From an uncultured Candidatus Saccharibacteria bacterium (GTDB lineage: Bacteria > Patescibacteriota > Minisyncoccia > UBA11713 > 2-01-FULL-45-33), in NCBI GenBank assembly GCA_964464405.1, contig CAYXFX010000002.1, positions 44,027 to 108,026 on the forward strand: a stretch of 64,000 bases of DNA, written 5' to 3'. Positions 29,660-38,554 of this stretch are shown piece by piece (position 1 is the stretch's first letter; each line of letters opens with the position of its first letter). A program made the translations under genes and the position numbers. The notes under the pieces are model-generated. The model searched no databases. It was not told the DNA's origin and saw only the letters and a list, made by a program, of their open reading frames with translations.

Positions 29660-31270
29660 ATGGACAAAAAGATCTTGATAGTCCTTGTGCTCGCTTTTGT
29701 TTTGAGGCTCGCGGGAATCGCTTACGGGCTGCCACTCTGGCTGATAGATGACGAGCCGCCTTTTATTTTAGGCGCTCTTAAAATGATGGAATTAAAAACA
29801 TTACTCCCTAACTCCCATTTTGAAGAATTTAAAACCGTACTTTATTACCCGCCATATTTGTCTTATCTCTATTTGCTTCCATTTTCTCTGCTTGTGGGCA
29901 TTAAATATTTATTTTTTTCGGGCTCCACAGAACTTTTTACTTCATATTTACTAGCGGATCTTTCCGGTTTTTTTATTATCGCAAGATTTTTTTCTATATT
30001 CGCTGGAGTGTTTTCTATTTATTTTACATACGCTACCGCGAGAAATTTATTTAGAAACAAAAAGCCAGCAGTTTTTTCCGCAATACTAGCCAGCACAAGT
30101 TTAATTCATATTTCTTTATCCATAGTAAGCAGACATTGGATCTGGGTTTTTTTATTTACTTCTTTAGTATTATTTTTTCTCTCGCAACAAAATTGGAGTT
30201 TTAAAAAGAAATATTTTCTTGCATTTTTATCTGCAGGCATCGGAATAGGATTCGCAGTTATTAACGTCATCCTAACTGGACTCATACTTTCGTGGTATTT
30301 ACTTTATGAAAAAAATTCAACTTTTAAACTTATCAAAGAAAAATATTTTTATTTATTATCGGCTATTTTTATTTTTTTAGCTTCTCTTCCCTACCTTCTT
30401 TATAAAGGAAGCCTGGGATTTACTGCGGATGTCACAACTAAGGTATCAAAAAATATTTCGGGGGCTATTTTTTCTCCTTTTAACTTCGCGTATACAATTT
30501 TTCAATCCGAATTTATACTTATAATATTCGCGGCATTCGGCTTTTATTTTGTTTTTAGAAACAAAAGGAATATTTTTTGGGCTTTTGGCATATATATTTA
30601 TACCGTTAGTACAGTTTTTTACATAATATTCCGTTTTGAACCGCGCTTTTTTATGGCGCTGCTTCCATATTATTTGATTTTAGCAGGATACGGTTTATGT
30701 GAACTGCAAAATAAAATTAAAAATAAATATTTATCTGAAGCTCTGCTGATTTTTTTGATAGTTCCAATGATATTTTCTTTTAGACTATCAGCTCTTGCTT
30801 TTAAAAATGACACCAGGGTTTTGTTAAGAAACTGGGCTCAAAAGAATTTACCTCAAAAGACTAAAATATTAGTTAATGCGCGCCTTACAAGATTTCCGAC
30901 CACCAAAGAAGCCGTCTCTGAACAGCAAAAAATTGATCCCACTTCGGTGAGAAAAATCGACAAAGCAGAGGCAGAGTTAAACTACTCGAATCTGCATTCT
31001 TTGAATATTTTTGACGCAAATAATAAATTATTTTTTGAAAATATAGATAAATATATCAAAGAAAACAAATATGAATATGCCGCGATCAGCCCCGGGTATA
31101 GGCATAGCGAATTTTTTGAGAACGTGCTAAAAAAAGGAATACTGCTAAAAAGTTTTAGCGGAGGAAAATCGGAAATGTCTATTGCGGAAAGCCAATTTTT
31201 TAAAAACCCGTTTGAATTATTTAAGATTAAAGAACTCGGTCCTGAAATTAAATTATATAAAATAAACTAA
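29660..31270 (+). CDS. GT39/PMT-like GT-C glycosyltransferase
   Basis: YGLP..IDDEP, YPPYLSY, many TM segments, EPRFF. Confidence 0.75.
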   Translation: MDKKILIVLVLAFVLRLAGIAYGLPLWLIDDEPPFILGALKMMELKTLLPNSHFEEFKTVLYYPPYLSYLYLLPFSLLVGIKYLFFSGSTELFTSYLLADLSGFFIIARFFSIFAGVFSIYFTYATARNLFRNKKPAVFSAILASTSLIHISLSIVSRHWIWVFLFTSLVLFFLSQQNWSFKKKYFLAFLSAGIGIGFAVINVILTGLILSWYLLYEKNSTFKLIKEKYFYLLSAIFIFLASLPYLLYKGSLGFTADVTTKVSKNISGAIFSPFNFAYTIFQSEFILIIFAAFGFYFVFRNKRNIFWAFGIYIYTVSTVFYIIFRFEPRFFMALLPYYLILAGYGLCELQNKIKNKYLSEALLIFLIVPMIFSFRLSALAFKNDTRVLLRNWAQKNLPQKTKILVNARLTRFPTTKEAVSEQQKIDPTSVRKIDKAEAELNYSNLHSLNIFDANNKLFFENIDKYIKENKYEYAAISPGYRHSEFFENVLKKGILLKSFSGGKSEMSIAESQFFKNPFELFKIKELGPEIKLYKIN

Positions 31271-32070
31271 TGAAAATAATTGTAGTGATCCCGACGTACA
31301 AAGAAGCGGGAGAGATCGGAAAAGTTATAGATGCTTTATGCGGACCAGTTTTTAAAGCAATTCCCAACCACGAAATGGGCATTTTAGTTGTAGACGGAAA
31401 TTCACCCGATGGAACTGCAGAAATTTTAAGAGAGAAAAGTATTTTCTATCCTAATCTCTACTTTTTGATTGAACCAAAAAAACGCGGAATCGGAGTCGCA
31501 TACATTGAAGGAATAAAATACGCGATAAAAGAGTTGGGGGCTGATGCAATTATAGAATTTGACGGAGATGGACAGCACAACCCAAAAGATGTCGTCAGAT
31601 TGGTAACAGAATTTGACAACGGACATGATTATGTTATCGGTTCTCGATACGTTCCGGGCGGAGCGATTCCCGCAGAGTGGTCGCTTCATAGAAAACTGCT
31701 AAGCCGTTTTGGCAGCTTGACTGCGCGCGCGGTTCTTAATCTACCTACGCGCGACAATACTTCGGGATTTAAACTTTCGCGCGTCGCGGGTTTCGCGGAA
31801 AATTTGCCGCTGGACGAAAATAAAATACTTTCAAAATATTACGCTTATAAAATCCACTTCCTTTATAATATGATTTCGATGGGCGCTAAAACAAAGGAAA
31901 TTCCTATTGTTTTTTTAGAGCGCAAATCCGGCTCATCCAAAAGCACTTTCCGCGATATTTACGATTCATTGCGAGTGGTGTTTGCGCTTAAATTTAGAAG
32001 GAAAAAATATCAAGTTTTTCCAAATAAAAAAACCGGAGAGAATTTATCTCAACCGGCGATAAAATTATAA
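31270..32070 (+). CDS. GT2 polyprenol monophosphomannose synthase-like
   Basis: VIPTYKE, VDGNSPDGT, DGDGQH, IGSRYVPGG, DNTSGFK. Confidence 0.88.
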   Translation: MKIIVVIPTYKEAGEIGKVIDALCGPVFKAIPNHEMGILVVDGNSPDGTAEILREKSIFYPNLYFLIEPKKRGIGVAYIEGIKYAIKELGADAIIEFDGDGQHNPKDVVRLVTEFDNGHDYVIGSRYVPGGAIPAEWSLHRKLLSRFGSLTARAVLNLPTRDNTSGFKLSRVAGFAENLPLDENKILSKYYAYKIHFLYNMISMGAKTKEIPIVFLERKSGSSKSTFRDIYDSLRVVFALKFRRKKYQVFPNKKTGENLSQPAIKL

Positions 32071-32522
32071 ATCGGCCATGGCAGTAAACGCAAAGGAATC
32101 TCGCGAAGAAAATAGAGAAAACGAGATCGCGTAAACCACTGAAACGATTTTCTGTTGAAAAGAGAAACTCCGCAAAAAAAGAAATGTTTATCGTAAGTTG
32201 TTGAAAAGCCAAACCTTTCCAAATCTCTGCAACAGCGTTTGGAATGGCATGGAGCGGCGACCACCAATACATTTTTCCATCCATTTTTATTGGCAAGATT
32301 CACAAAAAACTTAACGAACCTTAACGTAGTGTAGTTCTCCTCGGGCGTCAAATAAAAAATATTGTCTTGGTAAGTTTCCGATTCTGGCAGTGCGCCTTCG
32401 GCAATAACTAAAATGTTATAAATACTTCCCAGATAAGCTGCCCTTTTGATCAGCAACTTGTTTGATTCAAGTTCGGGAGGAAGGCCAAATGCAAAAACTG
32501 CAACAACGTCATATTTTTTCAA
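32049..32522 (-). CDS. YdcF/DUF218-like protein
   Basis: ENYTT..VLVVAAPCHSKRC and C-terminal RE motif; strong SD AAAGGAGGTGA before a TTG start. Confidence 0.5.
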   Translation of the reverse strand: MKKYDVVAVFAFGLPPELESNKLLIKRAAYLGSIYNILVIAEGALPESETYQDNIFYLTPEENYTTLRFVKFFVNLANKNGWKNVLVVAAPCHSKRCCRDLERFGFSTTYDKHFFFCGVSLFNRKSFQWFTRSRFLYFLREIPLRLLPWPIYNFIAG

Positions 32523-32630
32523 TCAAATCACCTCCTTTCGGCAAATAAAAACGACGCGAGCAATGCCAAAAACAGAGAATTTTTAAATATTTCCACACTA
32601 TTCTCCTTTACTTTCTCTTAGATTTCTGTG

Positions 32631-33737
32631 TTATTTATACTCTGTGTCGGAAATAAAGTCAAGTGCGCGTTTGGCGCGTTTGTCCCATGTATAATTTTCT
32701 ACTTTTAAAAACGAGGCTTCGGAAATTTCCTCTGCCAATTTTTGATTCCATAAAATGTTTTTTATCGCGTAAGCCAAGTCATGCGCATCATCTGGATTGA
32801 AAAATATTGCTTCATTTTCAGTAAGAATTTCGCGAATCGACGGCAAATCCGAAGCGACGATTGGACGACGGGATGCCATGTATTCAAAAAGTTTTAGCGG
32901 AGAAGTATGTTCTTCCGAAATTTTTGTGCCTTTTTTATTCGGCAATATCAAAACATCAGCAGCTTTTAACCACAAAGGAATTTCGGAATAGGGCTTTTGA
33001 CCAACAAAACAAACATTGTTTTTCTTTTGCTGAGAAAAATTCCCGCCAACAACATAAATTTCAAGATTTTGAGATTCTAATATTGCGCCGACCTCAATTA
33101 TTATCTCAACCCCCTTCCAGTTAAAAAGTTGCCCTGTATAAACCGCGATTTTTTTATCAAATGGTAAATTTAATTTATGCCGCGCATCTTTTTGGGAAAT
33201 ATTAAGATCAAATTTTTCCAAATCAACCGCATCCGGCAAAATGCATATTTTATTTTCCGGAATTCCATATCCAACAAGTTCTTGTTTTAAAAAACTCGTA
33301 AGAACAAAAATGGCGCGAGCTTGTTGCCAAGTTAATTTATTTAAAAATCTGGGGTGAGATGGCAAAGAGTGCACTTCCAGAGAAAAATTTTTAAAAAATA
33401 AACCCGCCCATTCTTCGCGAGTGTAAAAAAAACTGTAATGTTTGTTCAGCAAATAAATTTTGGCAAAGACCAAAAAAATAATAGTTTCTATAAAAAAACC
33501 GATTTTCCCGAATCTAAAACTGATTAAATCAAGCGTCGGCAATTTGGTAATTTTAAAATTTTTATTAACGCCGTAATATTCAAATGGATCCTGTTTGATA
33601 GAATTTAATCTTCTTGGAACAATTAGTTCAATTTCGAGTTGGAAATTTGCAAACGTATTAAGCATTTGCATTATCTGAATCCCATGCGCCTTTTCCGTGG
33701 GAATGCGCACATTTGCGATATAAATCAACTTCTTCAT
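32631..33737 (-). CDS. GT4 glycosyltransferase
   Basis: KAHGIQI, YTGQL, TSPLKLFEYMAS. Confidence 0.9.
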   Translation of the reverse strand: MKKLIYIANVRIPTEKAHGIQIMQMLNTFANFQLEIELIVPRRLNSIKQDPFEYYGVNKNFKITKLPTLDLISFRFGKIGFFIETIIFLVFAKIYLLNKHYSFFYTREEWAGLFFKNFSLEVHSLPSHPRFLNKLTWQQARAIFVLTSFLKQELVGYGIPENKICILPDAVDLEKFDLNISQKDARHKLNLPFDKKIAVYTGQLFNWKGVEIIIEVGAILESQNLEIYVVGGNFSQQKKNNVCFVGQKPYSEIPLWLKAADVLILPNKKGTKISEEHTSPLKLFEYMASRRPIVASDLPSIREILTENEAIFFNPDDAHDLAYAIKNILWNQKLAEEISEASFLKVENYTWDKRAKRALDFISDTEYK

Positions 33738-35569
33738 TATTTCATTTTAATTTTATAAATCTTCGCCCAAACCTGAAAAATGATAAGCGCCCAGAGCGTT
33801 GTTAAATTATATTTTTTGCCGGAATTGTGTTCCACAAGCATTTTTCTCACTTCCGACCAATTAAATAATTCTTTTGTTTCCGAGAAATATTCGGGCGAGA
33901 GAATCATCTGAGACAGCGTGTAAACCGCAGGATCTCGTAGCCATTTTGCCGCAGGGGAAAACCATCCACGTTTAGGTTCATGCATTAAATAATCCGGAAT
34001 GCGCCCCTTAAAACTCTCTTTTAAAATAATTTTTGTATTGCGTAAATTGACTTTGTATTTTAAAGGAATTGACGATGCAAATTCCACCAAATCTTTACTA
34101 AGCAACGGCACTCGCGCTTCCACCCCTTGAGACATTGCTGTTTTATCCGTCTTCATAAGTGAGTCGTCTACCAGCCAACTCTGCCTATCTACTGACATAA
34201 AACTTTCTTCAAAAGACTTCGAATTTGAAAATGAAAAATATTTATTTTCAAAAAATTTTTCTGATATCTTTTCATTAAAACACGCTGGACTCATTATGTT
34301 CCGCAAAATTTCATCTTTCTGAAACATAAATAATGCGAACCTTTTGATTCCTGGCGGTGTGTTTAATTTGCGCAAATTGCCGAAGTTCAAAAATTTTCTA
34401 AAAATTTCTGGAAATTTTTCATAGTAGCTTGCAAACAGGCTTAAACGATACCTTTCGTAACCCCCGAAAAGTTCATCTCCACCATCTCCTCCCAACACAA
34501 CATCAACTCCGCTTTTTTTTGTAAACCTTGCAAGTTTCATCATTGGAATCGCAGTCGGATTCGCGATAGGCTCGTCTAAATGTAAAACGGTGCCTTCTAA
34601 ATGCGTTATCACATCTTCCGGAGAAAGAAGCACTTCATGATGGTTTGTTTTATAATAGTTAGCCGTTTGCCGTGCGAGCTGAAAATCCGCGTTAAACTTT
34701 CTTTCATCTTCCGGGTTCGGAAGCGAAAAACCAACCGAAAAAGTATCCACACTTTCTCTAAAAGTTTTCATTGCATCTAAAATGACACTCGAGTCAATGC
34801 CGCCCGAAAGATAAAGCCCCACAGGACGGTCAGATATCAGCTGCGAGCCTACTGATTCAATAACTTTTTTCCGAACTAAGCCTTTAAGCTCAGAGTAGTC
34901 TGCGGCCGAAATGCGAGCGTTAAGATTCCAATAACACGAAACTTCCAGTTTATTTTCTTTTAAAATTCCGCAGTGCCCGGGTGGAAATTTAAAAATATTT
35001 TCAAACATTGTCAGAGGATTCGGAACGTAAAGCATCCTAAAATAGTGGTTTAGCGCCTCCTTATTTAAAACCCTTGGGATATCGTGCTCTAAAATAGCTT
35101 TTATTTCTGACGAAAAAATAAAATTCTTTCCGTCAAAATAATAATAAAGCGGCTTAACTCCCACGTGGTCTCTGGCTAAAAAAAGTTCTTTACGCTCTTT
35201 GTCCCAAATTGCAAAAGCAAAAATGCCGTCTAATTTTTTAGGAACATCACTCCCCCATTTTTCATAAGCGGCTAAAATAACCTCCGTATCGCTATTTGTA
35301 TTAAATTTGTAGAATTCTAAAAGTTCTTTTTTTAAATTATTAAAATTATAAATCTCTCCGTTAAAAACAATAATAAATCTACCATTCTCGCTTTTCATAG
35401 GCTGACCGGCAGAAGCGCTCAAATCAATAATACTTAAACGGTTATGCCCCAAAGAAATATTCTCATCCAAAAAAACTCCGGTACCATCCGGACCCCTGTG
35501 GCTTGTCACCCGATTCATTTTTAAAATAAGCGCCTCGTTTTTAAAATTAAATCCATTAATCGCGCACAT
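33737..35569 (-). CDS. asnB: Asparagine synthase (glutamine-hydrolysing)-family amidotransferase
   Basis: N-terminal Cys (MCAI), HRGPD, HNRLSIIDL, NGEIYN, LSGGIDS, GDGGDELFGGY. Confidence 0.93.
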   Translation of the reverse strand: MCAINGFNFKNEALILKMNRVTSHRGPDGTGVFLDENISLGHNRLSIIDLSASAGQPMKSENGRFIIVFNGEIYNFNNLKKELLEFYKFNTNSDTEVILAAYEKWGSDVPKKLDGIFAFAIWDKERKELFLARDHVGVKPLYYYFDGKNFIFSSEIKAILEHDIPRVLNKEALNHYFRMLYVPNPLTMFENIFKFPPGHCGILKENKLEVSCYWNLNARISAADYSELKGLVRKKVIESVGSQLISDRPVGLYLSGGIDSSVILDAMKTFRESVDTFSVGFSLPNPEDERKFNADFQLARQTANYYKTNHHEVLLSPEDVITHLEGTVLHLDEPIANPTAIPMMKLARFTKKSGVDVVLGGDGGDELFGGYERYRLSLFASYYEKFPEIFRKFLNFGNLRKLNTPPGIKRFALFMFQKDEILRNIMSPACFNEKISEKFFENKYFSFSNSKSFEESFMSVDRQSWLVDDSLMKTDKTAMSQGVEARVPLLSKDLVEFASSIPLKYKVNLRNTKIILKESFKGRIPDYLMHEPKRGWFSPAAKWLRDPAVYTLSQMILSPEYFSETKELFNWSEVRKMLVEHNSGKKYNLTTLWALIIFQVWAKIYKIKMK

Positions 35570-36386
35570 AACGCAAACGTTTTTCTATAAATAAATAAAG
35601 AATATAAACGTGATACCACATAATTTGAATTTCGAATTTGAGTGGCATTGAATCGCGAAATCCATACCGCAAATACATTAGTGGAATTCTATACAAATAC
35701 CCCGCAATTATTCGCAAGCGTTTATAAACGCACCAATATAAAAAGGAGCTTAGTGTGCTTCCTGTAAAATCTATCACATCAGCTTCCCAATCGGCATACA
35801 TTTTTTGATATTTCCAAAGATTTTTGACTCGCTCTTCCGGCCAATGGAAATCGTAATAGCTTTTAAGCTCTCCGACTTTATTTTTTTTGCGATCAAATTC
35901 GAGTCTGTCATGCACTCTTCCTTTAAAATACGGTTTTATTTTTCTGTTAATTAGCCTCGTTTGATAGGACGGATAAGTTGCTTCGTGTTTAATTTCACGG
36001 CCCATAATAAATATTCTCGTAGGCATCCGATAAACCGTAAACTCCGGATTTTGATTTGTAACAATTTCTTTTATCTCACCGACAACGTCGTGCGACAAAG
36101 TGTCGTCTGAATCCATAAAAAAATACCAATCATAGGAAGCAGCTTCCATGTTTCTCATACGAACATTTGCCTTATCTTTTACGCACCGCAAATTCGGCTC
36201 GTTGGAATCGTATTGTTTAACAATTTTTGCACCGTACTCGCGCGCGATATCTAAAGTGTTGTCAGTGCTATTCCCGTCGCAAATCACAATTTCGGCAAAA
36301 TTTTTAACTGACTCTAAACACCGCCGAAGCGTGTTTCCGGAGTTTAAGGTCAAAATACCAATTGAACATAGAATTTTTTTATCCAT
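35556..36386 (-). CDS. GT2 glycosyltransferase
   Basis: CDGNSTDNT, MDSDD, GRVHD. Confidence 0.85.
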   Translation of the reverse strand: MDKKILCSIGILTLNSGNTLRRCLESVKNFAEIVICDGNSTDNTLDIAREYGAKIVKQYDSNEPNLRCVKDKANVRMRNMEAASYDWYFFMDSDDTLSHDVVGEIKEIVTNQNPEFTVYRMPTRIFIMGREIKHEATYPSYQTRLINRKIKPYFKGRVHDRLEFDRKKNKVGELKSYYDFHWPEERVKNLWKYQKMYADWEADVIDFTGSTLSSFLYWCVYKRLRIIAGYLYRIPLMYLRYGFRDSMPLKFEIQIMWYHVYILYLFIEKRLRYVRD

Positions 36387-37440
36387 TTCCTATCTTATTT
36401 AAAATTTTATCAATTAAATTATTAAGATTATGATCTTTTACAACAACTTCGCGCAGTACAAGATTTTTTCCGTTTTTTTCCAATTTAACAATTTTTTCCA
36501 AAAATTTATCAACATTTTTATCAGTATAGTACTCCCGCGGCACAATATCTTTGAAAGCTTGGCCAGTTACGAGAATCGGAAGCCCGCAAGACATGGCTTC
36601 CAAAACGGTTTTATCGACACTCCCCGTCTCACTTACGTGAAGTAATATATCATGGCTGTTATAAACGGCGGGCATTTCGTCATTTCTTTTTGCTCCCAAA
36701 AACCGAATATCGCCGTTTAAATTATTTTTATTTATCTTTTCTTCCAAGCGCTTCTTATATATAACGTCTTTGGGAGTAATTATGTCCCCCACAATATCAA
36801 GTGCGGCGTCTATATTTCTGTGCGCAATTTCAACCATCAAATCAATTAAAAAATCCAAATTTTTTGATTCCGAAATTCGCCCAATAGCTAACAATTTAGT
36901 AGACTTATTTAAAATATTGTTCCTTAGTACTCCGACGCTTTCGTTGGAGTGGTTCGGAACAAAGCGCTCCGTATCAATTCCGTGACCTGTAATAATAATT
37001 TTTTTGGAATTTATCCGGCAGCTCTCTTTAGAAGCCGTAAAAATATTTTTTACAATCTTTTCCGCGATTCTTAGCGACAAAGTTACAGATTTATGTGTAT
37101 ACCACAAAAATATTTTTTTTCTGAAAATTAACGCAACCGGGCAAATTAAAATCGCCCATGCGGGAATCATGTGCACAAAAATGACATCTGCTTTTCTTAC
37201 ATTTTGAAATAAGTATTTATAGAAATTTATATACCTAGCTGGCCGGCCGATACTGCGTTCTTTGCCCATCGAAAAAACGTGCACGTTTTGTGGTAAATTA
37301 TATTTTCCTTTTTGTCCACAAATAACAAAAACACAATCTGCCTTTTTCCCGAATTCCTCTATCCACCCATGAAAAAATCCAAGATTGCTGTCTTTCCTAT
37401 CAACTTTTTGAGTAAAAATTAGAAGATTCATTTTAAGCAT
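36379..37440 (-). CDS. GT4 glycosyltransferase
   Basis: TGHGIDT, GRISESK, GSVDKTVLEAMSCG. Confidence 0.9.
   Translation of the reverse strand: MLKMNLLIFTQKVDRKDSNLGFFHGWIEEFGKKADCVFVICGQKGKYNLPQNVHVFSMGKERSIGRPARYINFYKYLFQNVRKADVIFVHMIPAWAILICPVALIFRKKIFLWYTHKSVTLSLRIAEKIVKNIFTASKESCRINSKKIIITGHGIDTERFVPNHSNESVGVLRNNILNKSTKLLAIGRISESKNLDFLIDLMVEIAHRNIDAALDIVGDIITPKDVIYKKRLEEKINKNNLNGDIRFLGAKRNDEMPAVYNSHDILLHVSETGSVDKTVLEAMSCGLPILVTGQAFKDIVPREYYTDKNVDKFLEKIVKLEKNGKNLVLREVVVKDHNLNNLIDKILNKIGNG
36929..36950. repeat. Short palindrome inside a CDS
   Basis: ACTCCGACG-CTTT-CGTTGGAGT in an apparent interdomain insert. Confidence 0.55.
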
Positions 37441-38534
37441 TTCTCAAAACTTTGTTTATATAATTTTAAATATTCTTCTTTTGAAACTGATTTAATCGGT
37501 TTCGGCGGTTTAATTTTGCCTTCAAGAGCAAGTTTAATTTTTTCTGCTAACATATTTTTATCACCGACAGGAAAAATGTTTTCTGGTTCTAATATTTCTT
37601 TCGCAACTCCAACATCCGACGATATTATTTTGCACCCAGCAGCAGCCGCTTCAACCAAGGTCCGACCGTAGCTTTCATGGTTAGACGTCAGTAAAAACAA
37701 ATCGCATGTTTTATAATATGACAAAAGATCGTTAGTATGCGGCTCAAATTTAATAAAGTTGCTAAGCTCCGATTCACTTACCATATTCTTTAAACTTTCT
37801 TTTTCTGGCCCGTCGCCGACGATAAGCAACAACGGCGTTTCAGTAACAAATTTTACATGACTCGCATATTCGCCTGCTGGCGAATTGCTCTGCTCGTGCC
37901 GACCGCACTGCGCAAGGTCCTGCAAAACTTGTTCCCTCACCGCCTTAAAACTTTCAATCGATAATTCAATATTTTTTTCTCTGGTTATTCTAGACGCCAT
38001 CAAAATAATAAACTTTCGCCTTCCATATTTGCCATGCAAATCGATTTTAACAGGAGCTTGCCGAATTTGCTCGACATCAACAAAAATCGGCAAGACAGAA
38101 AGTTTGGAAATTGTAAATTTAAAATTGTATATTAACGAATCAGCGATTCGTTCAGACACTACCCTTATGCAACTTGCTCGCGGAATCAAAAATTTAGCCA
38201 GCAAAACCCTAATTTTATTCAGCCGCGAATGTTCGGCGAAATGAGGATTAAAAATGTCTGAATGAATTTGCATCTGCCATGGTATGCCGTAAATTTTTGA
38301 AAAAATCCACGCAAGAAAAGAATGTTCCATATCCTGCGAGGAAATTATGTCAAACTTTTTTCGACTCAAAATTTTATAACAACTAAAAAATCCCGAAATA
38401 AAACTCCAAATGCTGCCCCTGCAAAGCAGAATTTCAATTTCTCCAAGGACGCTTCTATATTCCTCTATCCTTTTTCCGGTATCCGAACCCCCCTCCAAGA
38501 CACTCGGATCCCCGCTTATCATTAATATGCGCAT
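37428..38534 (-). CDS. GT4 glycosyltransferase with an in-frame ~31-codon insertion
   Basis: SRITREKN, VGDGPE, ESYGRTLVEA; insert EQVLQD...KFVT. Confidence 0.88.
   Translation of the reverse strand: MRILMISGDPSVLEGGSDTGKRIEEYRSVLGEIEILLCRGSIWSFISGFFSCYKILSRKKFDIISSQDMEHSFLAWIFSKIYGIPWQMQIHSDIFNPHFAEHSRLNKIRVLLAKFLIPRASCIRVVSERIADSLIYNFKFTISKLSVLPIFVDVEQIRQAPVKIDLHGKYGRRKFIILMASRITREKNIELSIESFKAVREQVLQDLAQCGRHEQSNSPAGEYASHVKFVTETPLLLIVGDGPEKESLKNMVSESELSNFIKFEPHTNDLLSYYKTCDLFLLTSNHESYGRTLVEAAAAGCKIISSDVGVAKEILEPENIFPVGDKNMLAEKIKLALEGKIKPPKPIKSVSKEEYLKLYKQSFEKCLK
37843..37935. repeat. 93-bp structured element inside a CDS
   Basis: Imperfect terminal IR GTAACAAATTTTACA/TGCAAAACTTGTTCC; inner hairpin ATTCGCC-TGCT-GGCGAAT. 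Confidence 0.65.
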
Positions 38535-38554
38535 TAAATTATTTAATTAAAACA

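Noticed and set aside
32121-32135. 14/15 match (ACGAGATCGCGTAAA) to part of the 24-bp palindrome
   Set aside because: Partial, inside a CDS and not extended; chance cannot be excluded.
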